Assembly: GCF_001194135.2 (NCBI RefSeq)
Contig: NC_068984.1
Location: forward strand, 117,089,951-117,125,043
Origin: Octopus bimaculoides
Lineage: Eukaryota
DNA: 35,093 bases
Direction of reading: 5' to 3'
Shown here: positions 34,523-35,093 of the stretch, piece after piece
How positions within the stretch are numbered: position 1 is the stretch's first letter
Layout of the letters: each line of letters starts with the position of its first letter
Position numbers and translations under genes: made by a program
The notes under the pieces: generated by a model
Seen by the model: the letters and a program-made list of their open reading frames with translations, nothing else
What the model was told of the DNA's origin: nothing
Database searches by the model: none

Positions 34523-35093
34523 TATTTCACTGCTAACAGGCATCCAATAGTTTGTCATTTTCCGACAGGCGAAAAGCCTGTTTTACATCCGTCAATCCAC
34601 TGAAAACTAATCTGTATTCATCTTCTGCCCCGTTGAACTTAACAATCTGCGCAGAAGCTAATCAACCATAAGGTTGACAGCTCAAAGTATTTATACCCCT
34701 ATATGTAAATCTGGTTAGTTGATACATGGCAAATATATGTAAAGCATACAAGTAACACTTGTAATATCCTCACATGAAGATGTATTGAGTAGTTTCATGT
34801 TTATGTACTACAAATTATACGAAATATTTGATCTCTCACTCTCTCATTTCCTACACACGGGAGCGAAGATATGTTACGATACAAGTAGAGAAATTTGAAA
34901 AGACAACACGAAACCGGCTATTTCTCCAAATACAATGTTTATATACCAAAAATTTTATAACATTTTTCTGACATAACAATTTAAATATATACTTTAACCA
35001 TGTAACACAAGCCTTCTGTAGTTTTTTCACTCTTGTTTATCTTTTATACATCCAACCACGTGCTTTCACATACCAACTTTCTCACCCTATATA

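Overview
Eukaryotic, AT-rich, gapped, repeat-saturated DNA with no confidently identifiable host gene. The microsatellite load and the tRNA-derived SINE families look like an octopus (cephalopod) genome; this is pattern recognition, not a database result. Most ORF-track entries are microsatellite or N-gap artefacts. Real content: two decayed mariner transposons and a Tc1-like fragment; remnants of four non-LTR retrotransposon types (APE-endonuclease LINE, HERO/NeSL-like, CR1/Zenon-like, R4/Dong-like); about 15 SINE copies from 4 families; many microsatellites. The best signal is non-coding: type I hammerhead ribozymes (HHR) with a tiny palindromic stem III, the architecture known from Penelope-like elements and metazoan retrozymes. 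One near-intact HHR (27562-27626, +) lies in a 662-bp ORF-less insertion with 95-bp direct terminal repeats (552-bp period), a 13-bp target-site duplication (TSD) and a short inverted 5' end. A second (14696-14750, -) is the only asymmetric segment of a 405-bp foldback palindrome. At least four more decayed HHR-like motifs occur. Catalytic activity and novelty are untested inferences.
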